This document shows, in pieces, positions 24,001-33,710 of a stretch of 64,000 bases of DNA (positions are counted from its first letter, which is position 1; the number at the start of each line of letters is the position of its first letter). This stretch comes from Yuukianura sp. NJ FZ-2021. Its lineage: Eukaryota. The stretch lies in NCBI GenBank assembly GCA_046563655.1, contig CM102283.1:4216001-4280000 (forward strand), read 5' to 3'. A model generated the notes under the pieces. It searched no databases. It saw only the letters and a list, made by a program, of their open reading frames with translations, and was not told the DNA's origin. The position numbers and the translations under genes were made by a program.

Positions 24001-25563
24001 GGATGCCAGTAGAGTCCAATTGTTTTGATTGACTCATCTTCCTGGATGTTGAGGGAGAAAGTTTCGCGCTCGGAGGTGGGAATGGAGCTTAACACTTCCG
24101 GGTGGTTAGAGCACCATTTTTGCAGGGGAAACTTTCCTTGATGGAGAACAGTGGTGACTTGGCGCTTCAATTCCGTCGCTTCTTCCATCGTCGTTGCCCC
24201 AGAAAGCAAGTTGTCGACGAGAAAGTCGCTGGTGATGGCTGAATGGGCGAGTGGGAATTCGGCTTTAGCGTCTTCCCCCAGTTGGCGTAATACTCGGATC
24301 GCCAAAAACGGAGCCGATGTTAGTCGGCGTCGTTTGTCGGAGGTCGGTGAAAGTGTGATCCGGTGACTTTCTCCACACGAAGCGTTGAAAGTCAGAATGG
24401 GCTGGATGCACTTTCACTTGATGGTAAAATTTAGCAATGTCCGCAGACAATGCTATTTGGTGGGAGCGGAACCGTGTAAGTAGCGGATGCAGATCGGTTT
24501 GGATCTTTGGACCAGGGAGGAGGAGACTGTTCAAACTTTCACCGGAAGTGGTCTTCGCGGAAGCGTTGAACACAATACGCACTTTGGTGGTGGTATTTTC
24601 TGGTTTCACTACCACGTGATGTGGTATGTAATAGGGGTTAAGTGTGCACTCGGCTTTAGCCACATTGGTCACTTTCACTTTTGTGGATGGTTGGATTGGA
24701 GGAACAACTTCCACCCATTTGTTGAAAATGAAATTCTCAATTTGGGTGTGGTAATTTTCCTGGAGAGCTGGATCCTTTTCCAGTTGCCTCTCCAGTGATC
24801 GGAAGCAGGAAACTGCTTTTTGGCGAGATTCCCCCAGAACCCCAGCATTAGTGGAGAACGGGAGGTTGACCTCGTAGCGGCCTTCGGAGTCGCGGGTGAA
24901 AGTGGAGAGAAAGTGATCTTCACACTGTTGGTCACTGGAAGTGAGATTTGAGGAAATGGGAGTTGGTTCTTCCAATTCCCAAAATTTTTGGAGTGACGAT
25001 TCGAGGCACTGGTCACTGACTGAACAAGTGGAGTGGAAGGAACTGGCACTAAAATTGGAAGATGACACTTTGGTAGGTGCACTGCCACTTAGGTACCACC
25101 CAAATTTTGTATTTTGGGCGATTGGAGTACCCGGGAGTCCTCGGCGAAGTCCCGGAAGTTTAATGAGTGCTTCCACTTCCGCTCCGAAGAGAATGTCCAC
25201 GTGAGCGGGAGAGTGAAAGATCGGATCGGAGAGGGTTAGACCCTCTAGATGAGGAAAGTTGATTTGGCACTTTTCACGGGGAAGGTGACCAGTCAACTTT
25301 GGAAGCACAAGTGCTTTCACTGGAAGTGAAAAATTGGTGGAAGTGGAGTGGGCGGTGAAATTCACTAGTCCACGAGAAAAGTCACTTTTGGATCCGCCGA
25401 TGCCAGTGATGTTCACACATGAGTGCTGTCTGGGTAACCCCAACCGTGACATGAAATTTTCAGAAACGAAATTCGTATCTGATCCTGGGTCTAAAAAGAC
25501 TCGGCATGGTTGGAGGTTACCATTGGTGTCACATACATTCACTATTAGAGTGGCCATTAGCAC
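21002..25563 (-). pseudogene. pol: BEL/Pao pol (PR-RT-RH-IN), disrupted
   Basis: Track ORFs 21002-22867, 23253-23834, 23850-24305 and 24265-25563. Broken by the TRIM insertion, a TAG at 23850-23852 and a net -8 bp frameshift at 24323-24337. Confidence 0.9.
22765..23271 (+). mobile_element. TRIM-like miniature LTR retroelement, 507 bp
   Basis: Two 124-bp TG...CA direct repeats (22765-22888, 23148-23271), 259-bp internal region, 4-bp TSD CTGT; the site is empty in copy 1. Confidence 0.9.
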
Positions 25564-25823
25564 TACACTGTCATTGGAGAAAGGAGCTGTGGAGTGAAGT
25601 GAAGTGACGTCATTTGGTGGATTTGATTTGGTGGCACTGGTGGATGGAGTTTGACTTTCCTTTGGTTTGGAATTGGAGTGACCTTGACTCTGGTGTGAAT
25701 CAGGCTTTGTGGATGTGGTGTCCTTGGAGTCAAACTTGTGTAGTGAGGGATGGTGTTTTTTGTTGCAGTGTCTGCAGAATGTTTTATAAAAACAATCTGC
25801 AGAACATAACGCCGGAAAATAAA

Positions 25824-26434
25824 ATGGAAGACAAAATGAACCAAATCCTAAAACAACTCAGCATCCTTCCATCGATTGCTGAGACTGTGGCCACCACAAA
25901 TACCCAGCTAACGGTTGTCTCCGATGCGGTCGAACGTCTCCATCAACGCTGCCAGGAACTCACGGATCGCTTAACAGCGCAAGAGCAACATGTAGCGAAA
26001 TTGGAATCGTCAGTGATCACTCTGAAGGATGAAAACCATGACTTAAAGCTCACGGTCGGCCGCCTACAAGCGGAAATGAATAAGAACTTCCTCATATTCC
26101 AAGGAATCCCTGAAGACACGACTAATCTTGAGAACTTCGTCACACAATTTATCGCTGCAAACCTCAATCTGTCACAAATTGAAGTAAAACTAGTACGTCG
26201 AATTGGAAGATCTCCACAAACTCTGAGTTCCCGCCCACGACCAGTATCTGTCAACTTTCCCAGCATCGATCACCGTAATACCGTCTTGAATGCCTCCAAA
26301 AACTGAAGCACACTGAAATCTCAATTTATGCAGATCGTCCCAAGATCCTTAGAGATGAAGCCAAACGAAAATGGGAAATCACGAGCAAATCACACGCACC
26401 GATCAACCAACCAAAACCCCCGAACCAGTATTGA
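25824..26434 (+). pseudogene. LINE ORF1p with a 1-bp frameshift
   Basis: One A fewer than copy 1 in the A-run near 26300; may be a homopolymer sequencing error. Confidence 0.8.
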
Positions 26435-26581
26435 CATCTCGGCAGCCCTCAACAAGCACTCACTCTTCGCAATCCAGTTACTATTTTATACTACAACGTC
26501 AACGGCATTTTAAGTAAGAGATCCGACTTTTTTATAGATTTAATTAAGATCAACCCAACAATCTTTTGTCTCAGTGAAACT

Positions 26582-29500
26582 ATGCTTACTTCTAAGTCTT
26601 TTACAAATTTTCATCTTCAACAATCCTACGAAATTAAAGTAATTCCAGCACAGCAAAGATCCCGTGGGAGACCAAGCGGCGGACTAATTATCGCATGGGA
26701 CAAACAAATAGCGAATCAAGTATCAATTTTTAAACAAACCTCATTCTACATTATTCTAAAACTGAACACTCTGAGCAAAAATATTTATCTAGTTTTCTTC
26801 TACCTCTCTCCAGATACCGTGTACTGCCCGAAGCTAACCGAGATGATGGAGGACGTAACATTTTTGAACAACCCTTTGAACAGTTTAATCCTTGTTGGGG
26901 ACGCCAATGCCCACACGAGTTCTCTGTCCACGTCAATGGGTCCACAAAGATCAAGTAAAGATAACCGACTAAACGCAAGAGGAAAGGAACTACTAAAACA
27001 CGCAGAATCAAATGGTCTAATTATTGGGAACGGTGCAATTGAAGGTGATAGACTAGGGGAATTTACATTTATAAGCCCATCCCACTCTACCTCTACAGTA
27101 ATCGATTACTTACTATTCTCTCCTTCTTGTCTAGACCTAATACGCTCTTTCAACGTCTTAGATCTTTCTCACTCACCTCATTTTCCAATACTCACCACTT
27201 TAGCCGAGTCGATCCCTGAACATCAACCCAGGTGTAACAAAACACAGATCAAAGTCCCGAAGGACACCACCCTATTGCAAAAATTTAAAAATGAGCTAAA
27301 CGACAACATGCACAGAGTCAATGCAGCACAATCACCATCCACGACACGAAACCAGATCTACGCCAGCATCTTAGATGCTTGTAAAGCAAGCAGACTCAGC
27401 ACTGAACGAAGCTCACTGCCGCCCAAAAAGATGCCACCGTGGTTTGACAAGGAATGTGTAACCCAAAAATACACAAGAAATAAATCGCTACGTCACTTTA
27501 GACGCATATCATCACTCAAATATGAAAAAAAGTCGGCGGCGTTACAGAACTACATCCAACTAAACAAGGCATACCGCAACACCTGCAAAGAAAAATCGGA
27601 ATCCTTTGCCCTCCAACTCCAGGAAAAATTCCATAACATCAAAAACTCAAAGGCGTTCTGGAACACAGTTAAACACTACAAACCGAAACAAATCAATCAA
27701 GTGAACCAAATCGAAGGGCCTATTTGGCACAGTCACTTCTCCAACGTATTCAACCCGGAAGTGAAGAAAACGATTCCACCTCCAAACCTAGAGCTCGATT
27801 CTATTCACGCCGACCCGATCCTTGATTCTTCCTTCAGCCCTCTTGAGCTTAAACTTCTAATCCGAAAAACAAAGTTTGGAAAGGCAACTGGACTAGACGG
27901 TATCCCTAATGAAATATTCAAGCTGTTCACAGACGCTTCCATTTCCAAGCTATCCGAACACTTCCAAATCATCTATGACACTGGCGAAATTCCCACCTCT
28001 TGGTCAGAAGCTCTTGTTTCCCCTATCCACAAAAAAGGTCTCAGAAACGATCCTAACAATTATCGCCCCATCTCACTGCTGAATACAATCCTAAAACTGT
28101 TTACGTCTGCGCTCACTAACAGACTTAACCTGTGGATCGTCAAGAACAAAAAGATATCTCCATTCCAAGCTGGTTTCCAGAAACACCGCAGCACAGCAGA
28201 CCACATTTTTACATTAAACGCTCTAATTCAAAAACAACTCGGAAAAAAACAAAAACTGTATGCATGTTTCGTCGACCTTCGTCAAGCTTTCGACACCCCA
28301 AACCATAACATGCTATGGACAACTCTAATAAATCACGGAGTGTCAACTAAATTTGTTCGCGTTCTTCGAAACATCTACAGTCACGCCTCGGCAAAAATAA
28401 ACTGTGGAAATACTCTCACCGAAAGCATCCCAATCACCAAAGGCGTACTACAAGGCGAAGTTGCCAGCCCCTGTCTTTTTAATCTTTACATGGAAGGACT
28501 TTCAGAAAAATTCAAAAATTTAAAAATTTGTGACCTCTCACTAATGTCAACTGTAATCCACCACCTTTTATACGCTGATGACCTAGTGATCCTCGCACAC
28601 TCGGCCGTAGCTCTGCAACAGAAAATCACCTTGACTTCAAACTTCTTCCACTCAAGGCTACTTGAGGTGAACCTCAGGAAAACTAAAGTCATTGTATTCA
28701 CAGAATCAGGACGCTTACCAAAAAACGAAAAATTCCACTGGCGAAAAACCGAAATCGAAAAAACAAAAAGCTACGAATACCTTGGAGTCACATTTCAATC
28801 AAACGGAAAATTTTCTCTACACACAAAAATGGCAATAGTGAAAGGACTCGCCATTTCCGCCACTCTCAAAAGCGTTGTTAAGATCCCCAAAACTTTTAAC
28901 CTCAATTCGACCTTGAAACTCCTAAACTCTGTCCTTTGCTCATCTTTTCTTTACTGTGCGGGTATTTGGGGCTTGGGTCATGGCGACGATCTTGAAACCG
29001 TTCAGCAACGCTTTCTAAAACAGACAATAGGACTGCCACGCACATGCGCCAACTACTTCGTAAGAATTGAAACTGGCAGCCCTCACACTACAATGCATAT
29101 TGCAAAGGCGGCATATAAACAATGGGTAAAAATATTGTCGGGAAACGAAAATTCCTTAACCAAATGCGCGTATAAAGAGACTCGTAGGGCGGCGGCGTCC
29201 GACGCACGGCGAACGAACTGGGCAACACAATTCAGAAACCTACTAATCTCGGTTGGCATGGGTAACATTTGGCTAAACGACTCCTATAATATAGCAGATA
29301 GAAATTATGATACATTTGTAACTAGGTTAAGGAAAAAATTATTCTCTGAAGATCTTAGCAGGGCAGCAAAATCGGAAACGATGCCTCACTACCACGCTCT
29401 CACTAAACCAACAACTCGTGGTTTCTATCTAAATGCCGGGCTCCCAAAATACGCCGTTCTCAGGATTGCGCAACTCCGACTGAACCACAATGCCATCCTT

Positions 29501-29761
29501 CACAACAACGTGTGGATAAATCTGGGCTCTTTTGAACAACAAAATTGCAAATTCTGCGGAGACAACCTAACCTTCGAACACGTGCTGCTCCAGTGCCCAA
29601 ACAGCCAAAAACCCCGAGACCAATTAACCCATAAACTAGCCGTTAAAGACATTCAAGAACTAATCTACAACCTTGCCACATCAATCCAACCTCTTCAAAC
29701 ATACAAACAATTCCATATCTTCGCAATCACTGTAATTGAGCCACACTATACCCGTGCATAA
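26582..29761 (+). CDS. LINE ORF2: APE endonuclease, reverse transcriptase, C-terminal CCHC finger (frame is open from 26435)
   Basis: GDANAH, PWFDKEC, NYRPISLL, QAGFQ, FVDLRQAFD, GVLQG, LLYADD, YLGV, CKFC..HVLLQC. Confidence 0.95.
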   Translation: MLTSKSFTNFHLQQSYEIKVIPAQQRSRGRPSGGLIIAWDKQIANQVSIFKQTSFYIILKLNTLSKNIYLVFFYLSPDTVYCPKLTEMMEDVTFLNNPLNSLILVGDANAHTSSLSTSMGPQRSSKDNRLNARGKELLKHAESNGLIIGNGAIEGDRLGEFTFISPSHSTSTVIDYLLFSPSCLDLIRSFNVLDLSHSPHFPILTTLAESIPEHQPRCNKTQIKVPKDTTLLQKFKNELNDNMHRVNAAQSPSTTRNQIYASILDACKASRLSTERSSLPPKKMPPWFDKECVTQKYTRNKSLRHFRRISSLKYEKKSAALQNYIQLNKAYRNTCKEKSESFALQLQEKFHNIKNSKAFWNTVKHYKPKQINQVNQIEGPIWHSHFSNVFNPEVKKTIPPPNLELDSIHADPILDSSFSPLELKLLIRKTKFGKATGLDGIPNEIFKLFTDASISKLSEHFQIIYDTGEIPTSWSEALVSPIHKKGLRNDPNNYRPISLLNTILKLFTSALTNRLNLWIVKNKKISPFQAGFQKHRSTADHIFTLNALIQKQLGKKQKLYACFVDLRQAFDTPNHNMLWTTLINHGVSTKFVRVLRNIYSHASAKINCGNTLTESIPITKGVLQGEVASPCLFNLYMEGLSEKFKNLKICDLSLMSTVIHHLLYADDLVILAHSAVALQQKITLTSNFFHSRLLEVNLRKTKVIVFTESGRLPKNEKFHWRKTEIEKTKSYEYLGVTFQSNGKFSLHTKMAIVKGLAISATLKSVVKIPKTFNLNSTLKLLNSVLCSSFLYCAGIWGLGHGDDLETVQQRFLKQTIGLPRTCANYFVRIETGSPHTTMHIAKAAYKQWVKILSGNENSLTKCAYKETRRAAASDARRTNWATQFRNLLISVGMGNIWLNDSYNIADRNYDTFVTRLRKKLFSEDLSRAAKSETMPHYHALTKPTTRGFYLNAGLPKYAVLRIAQLRLNHNAILHNNVWINLGSFEQQNCKFCGDNLTFEHVLLQCPNSQKPRDQLTHKLAVKDIQELIYNLATSIQPLQTYKQFHIFAITVIEPHYTRA

Positions 29762-29887
29762 ATTAGCTACATCCATTTCTCTCTTTTATTTCGAATTTAA
29801 ATCTAAGATACATATAAGGAACTCATAATATCTACTTGTTGATCAGGGTGTGCCCATATGTCAATAAATATTCATTCATTCATTCAT

Positions 29888-31075
29888 TCATTCATAAAAA
29901 CAATCTGCAGTGGAATGTCCATGACGAAGGCATAAATTGCATAATTTGCATTTATGCACAAATGTCCATTTGTCGTTGAGTGACAGGCCTTGAAATTCCG
30001 GGCAGTGAAATAGGCGATGGTTGGATGAACACTTTGGACATTTTGTTGGTAGCGGTTGTTTGCCCTGTGTGGTGTTGACTTGGTGGGTGGCGTTGACATG
30101 GTGCGTAGCGGATGAAGTAGATGGTTTGACCTTGGTGGGTTTGGTGGGTTCGGACAGAGCACTGGAACGACGCTCAAGGAATTCCAAAAATTCCGAAAGG
30201 ACTGGGAGATTGTCGTCTTCCGAAAGTAGCCATTGCTTTCGTGTTTCTGCGTCTAACTTTGTTTGGACCCAGTAAACAATGAAGACGTCCCATTGGTCCA
30301 CGGCCAGTCCCATCTGCTTGAGAGAAATTGAAGTTTGATTGACAAGGTCAATGACTTTCCGTAAGCCGGAAGTCGAATCAGAGACTGTCTGGAGTGAGAA
30401 GAGCTTCTGGAGGTGAGAGAAAGCGATTTCTCGCTTTTTGTTGTAGCGTTTTTCGACCAACGCCCAAGCTTCAGTGAAACTTAGATTTGTGGGCGGAAAC
30501 GATGCTGCGATGGATGCTGCTTCTCCTGTGAGTGAATTTTTAAGATACATTAATTTAGACGCACCTGATATTTTTCGGTTGTCGATTACTGCTGCTTTGA
30601 ACAGATCGGCAAAGTGGGGCCATTCCGAGTAGTTTCCGGAGAAAGTTGGAGGTTTGGTCCTTTCCAACTTGAAGTCGGAGCCATCAGGAAGTTCCTCAGA
30701 ATCTTGGTTTGAATTGGAGGTTTGTTTCTTCTTTTCAGTGCACAATTCACGTGCACGAAGAATTTGAAGTTGTGATTTTTCGAGAAGATTCTCGCAGAGG
30801 TCAAGGGTCACTTGGTGGGACTGAAGCACTTTATGAGAATCCTTCACCACTGAACACGCCAGGATGATCTTTTCTCTCCAGAACTCCAGTTGAGTCTCCA
30901 TTTTGGAGAGTTTGCTTTCCTTCGCGGTGACCTCAAGGCCATTGAACTTTGACCAGTTTTGAGGGTTAACCGTGTCAGCAAACTTTTGGGCGCTGATTTT
31001 GAACTGTTCAAGTCCAAAAACAGCGTGTTCGTAAGGGATATCGGGATCCACCATAACTTCCTCTTCAGTGCTCAT
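29888..31075 (-). CDS. gag: BEL/Pao gag N-terminal part, interrupted by the LINE within the zinc-knuckle region
   Basis: PTFSGNYSEWPHF..F and KLMYLKNSLTGEA (DUF1759-type); CPKC..HRLFHC and CNLC..HGHSTADC knuckles. Confidence 0.9.
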   Translation of the reverse strand: MSTEEEVMVDPDIPYEHAVFGLEQFKISAQKFADTVNPQNWSKFNGLEVTAKESKLSKMETQLEFWREKIILACSVVKDSHKVLQSHQVTLDLCENLLEKSQLQILRARELCTEKKKQTSNSNQDSEELPDGSDFKLERTKPPTFSGNYSEWPHFADLFKAAVIDNRKISGASKLMYLKNSLTGEAASIAASFPPTNLSFTEAWALVEKRYNKKREIAFSHLQKLFSLQTVSDSTSGLRKVIDLVNQTSISLKQMGLAVDQWDVFIVYWVQTKLDAETRKQWLLSEDDNLPVLSEFLEFLERRSSALSEPTKPTKVKPSTSSATHHVNATHQVNTTQGKQPLPTKCPKCSSNHRLFHCPEFQGLSLNDKWTFVHKCKLCNLCLRHGHSTADCFYE

Positions 31076-31140
31076 CTTGAGTGATTAGGTTGGGAGGGCG
31101 TGTCACAACACTAGTCACTTTTACCAAAATCCAAAAAACT

Positions 31141-31442
31141 TGTCGGAGTTCTAGCGAACTCCTGGTAATCTGAGGAAGAAAGTGGGCGAAAACGAACAAG
31201 ACGAGCAGTTGGATTTTTTGGGGCTTTCGCCCTTTTATTTAAAAAAGAAAGAAAAGATGTGATGGAGACAGTAGTTTCGATTATTGTTTTGAATTGGAAG
31301 AATCTGACTTTGACAACTAGAAGTTGATAGGAAGGGCGCTAAAGACAGACTGAAATTGGTGGGGCAGGAGAGTCTTGACATGATCTGCTGAGTGACCTTG
31401 GTCACTCGTCAGCTCATGAACACAAAAATGCCTCACCTTGTG
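31141..31442 (-). repeat. BEL/Pao 5' LTR, left part (split by the Polinton)
   Basis: Matches the first 302 bp of the other LTRs. Confidence 0.94.
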
Positions 31443-31720
31443 AGTAATAACCTCAGTTTAGCTAGTAGAACCGAGATGGGAGAATTCCATCTCAGTTCTG
31501 CTGGCTGATTTGTGCTTTATGCTGGAAATCTGAAGTAGGTCAGTGGGAATGAAATGCGTCCCCCACTCCCCGTGTCCCCCCTGAACCTTAGTTTAGCTAG
31601 TAGAACCGAGATGGGAGAATTCCATCTCAGTTCTGCTGGCTGATTTGTGCTTTATGCTGGAAATCTGAAGTAGGTCAGTGGGAATGAAATGCATCACCCA
31701 CTCCCCGTGTCCCCCCCCCT
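31443..31720 (+). repeat. Polinton left TIR core: two tandem units of about 135 bp
   Basis: Units start near 31449 and 31584; reverse-complementary to about 49760-50040; weaker inverted homology continues inward. Confidence 0.92.
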
Positions 31721-32209
31721 GCGCATTGAACAAAACAATGTCACGCTGAAGACTCTACACACAAGAAATGTGAAAAGAGGATTGGAAAAGAGGAATTGAG
31801 TAGTTGCTCTTGAGATGATGCGACATGATGGAAGTTTGTTTAAGAAAATCAAATTTACAAAACTGTAAATTTTTGAATTTAGACTACAAAACAAAAAAAA
31901 ACACACAAAAATATTTTCTGATGTTTGTCGATTCATTGAATGCATAAAACAAATTTGTGAATGTTTTGGATCCAAATTTTGTTTGGTCTTGTTTGGAGGA
32001 GTGTGAGAAAAAGTTTCACATTCTTCACATAAAATTGATGGGTTTCTCGTCACATCTCAAAAGAACAAAAGCAATAAAATTTGACTTGACACAACATGTC
32101 AGAGTTGACACTCTGTAATCCCCTGTTAACTCGATCAATGTCTTTTCAAAATAAGAGTTTGTGGATGTAATTTCGCTTAAGTTCTATCAATCGAATATCA
32201 GTAACAGAA

Positions 32210-32838
32210 ATGGATCACAGTCAGTTGAAACACTGTCATAATTTTGACAGTGTTGTTTTTAAAAATAAGTTACCAGAATCCCATCCAGCTCTTTCTTTTT
32301 TAGAAAAAGAGGGTACTATTTTTGGTAGAAAAGGCGAAGTTTTGGAATTTTCTGAGTCCTCATCAGAGGATTCAGACGGCGATGACGAAGAGAATGGAGG
32401 GCTGTCGCGCCGCTACTGGCGCGAAAAAATTCGAGTGAGACCCCAAGTGGACTTAAGAACGTACAGAATGAGAATAAGGCTTGGAAAGTAAGTGAAAAAC
32501 TTTTTTTCAAATAAAAATGTATGTTTGAAAAGTGAAGTTTTGTAAAAAAACTCTATTTTCAGGCCTTGTGTATTTAGTTTCAAAATCATGACGATGATGA
32601 AGAAGCAAGGTTGGATTCCAGGTCAACGGCTGGGAAAAAACGGGACTGGTCCACTCTATCCAGTAAGTTGTTTAACAAGAAGTTCTGAATATGTTAATAG
32701 TTTTATTTTATATAAGTTAATTAATTTTCATTTGTGATGTAGATGTATGCCGAGGAAAGCCAGGAGCTTTGGGGTCAACACTCGGACGGTCGCGGGTTAG
32801 GAGCGGAAAGTGTGAAAAGTTTTATGCTCGCAAAATAA
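32210..32838 (+). CDS. 3-exon G-patch domain protein, about 157 aa (exons 32210-32487, 32563-32662, 32743-32838)
   Basis: GTAAGT donors, TTTTCAG and TGTAG acceptors, frame preserved. Spliced product contains FKIMTMMKKQGWIPGQRLGKNGTGPLYP...DGRGLG. AATAAA downstream. Confidence 0.82.
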
Positions 32839-33269
32839 TTTTTGTTGGTTAAATAAAAAGTTTGCATTATCAATAAAATTTGATTAATTTGAGAATGAAA
32901 AGTGTTTTGGTTTTGGGAATTCGAGTATAGTCTTTGCAGTTTGGTTAGCTTGAAAGATTAGGAGTTTGAAGGTAATTTCTTTAATTTTTGGTATTTTTAT
33001 GAATTGAAGCGGTTGAGCCGCGGCAGCCTTTTTTACAAATTTCCTTTTACAAAATTTTGATTAGGTTTTTTCATGATTTTGGAATTTTTGTTGCTTGACT
33101 CAAAAAATAGTTGTACGAAGTTGAATGAAGTGTTTTTTTTTTGCTTTGTGAAAGAGAGGAGACGACGAAGCTTTGTGTTTCTTAGGATTTGGAGAAAAAG
33201 GTGGTGGATCTCCAAATCTGTCAAATACTTTGACGGTATTTGATCCACGAATTGTTCTAGTAATTAAAT

Positions 33270-33369
33270 AAGTAACTCAATTGCCCAGTGGTGTAGATGA
33301 TCCATTGAGCAATTGAGTTACTTTTATGCAAATTTTTTTGAAATGTATGCTGCGGGTTCAAATCCCGCA
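33270..33369 (+). other. 22-bp-stem hairpin with A-box-like and B-box-like motifs (candidate small RNA)
   Basis: 33270-33291 pairs with 33302-33323; TGGTGTAGATG at 33289; GGTTCAAATCC at 33355. Confidence 0.35.
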
Positions 33370-33710
33370 CCTTGCAGAATTTTTTAATTTTTTTGTACTA
33401 TTATATAATATGAGAGTTTGGGGAAAGTTTTGAACCGAAAACTAATGTTAAAAATTTCGCTAAAAAATTTAAAACACTTTTATAGTTGGGTTGGAAAACG
33501 CTGACAGTTGTTTTGTTATGTAGCTTTTTTCAGCTTTTGAACACACAAATTTTTCAAAACATGATTCTTTTCAGGGGGAAGTGAGGTGAGTTTAAATGAT
33601 TCCGTAATGGGGTGCGGCTGGAGTTTAGTATAAATTCTTTGAAATTTTGGGAACTTTTGATCAGATATGTGACGCTCATGTAGCTAGATTGAGGTAAATA
33701 CGATTAAGTC

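Larger units (their letters stand above)
25803..29893 (+). mobile_element. Two-ORF non-LTR retrotransposon (LINE; RTE-X-like, clade tentative)
   Basis: 17-bp TSD ATAAAAACAATCTGCAG (25786-25802, 29894-29910); AATAAA then (ATTC)6 tail at 29870-29893. Confidence 0.93.

Noticed and set aside
33340-33378. tRNA gene suggested by GGTTCAAATCC
   Set aside because: Only a T-arm-like stem is present; there are no D or anticodon arms and T-runs intervene.
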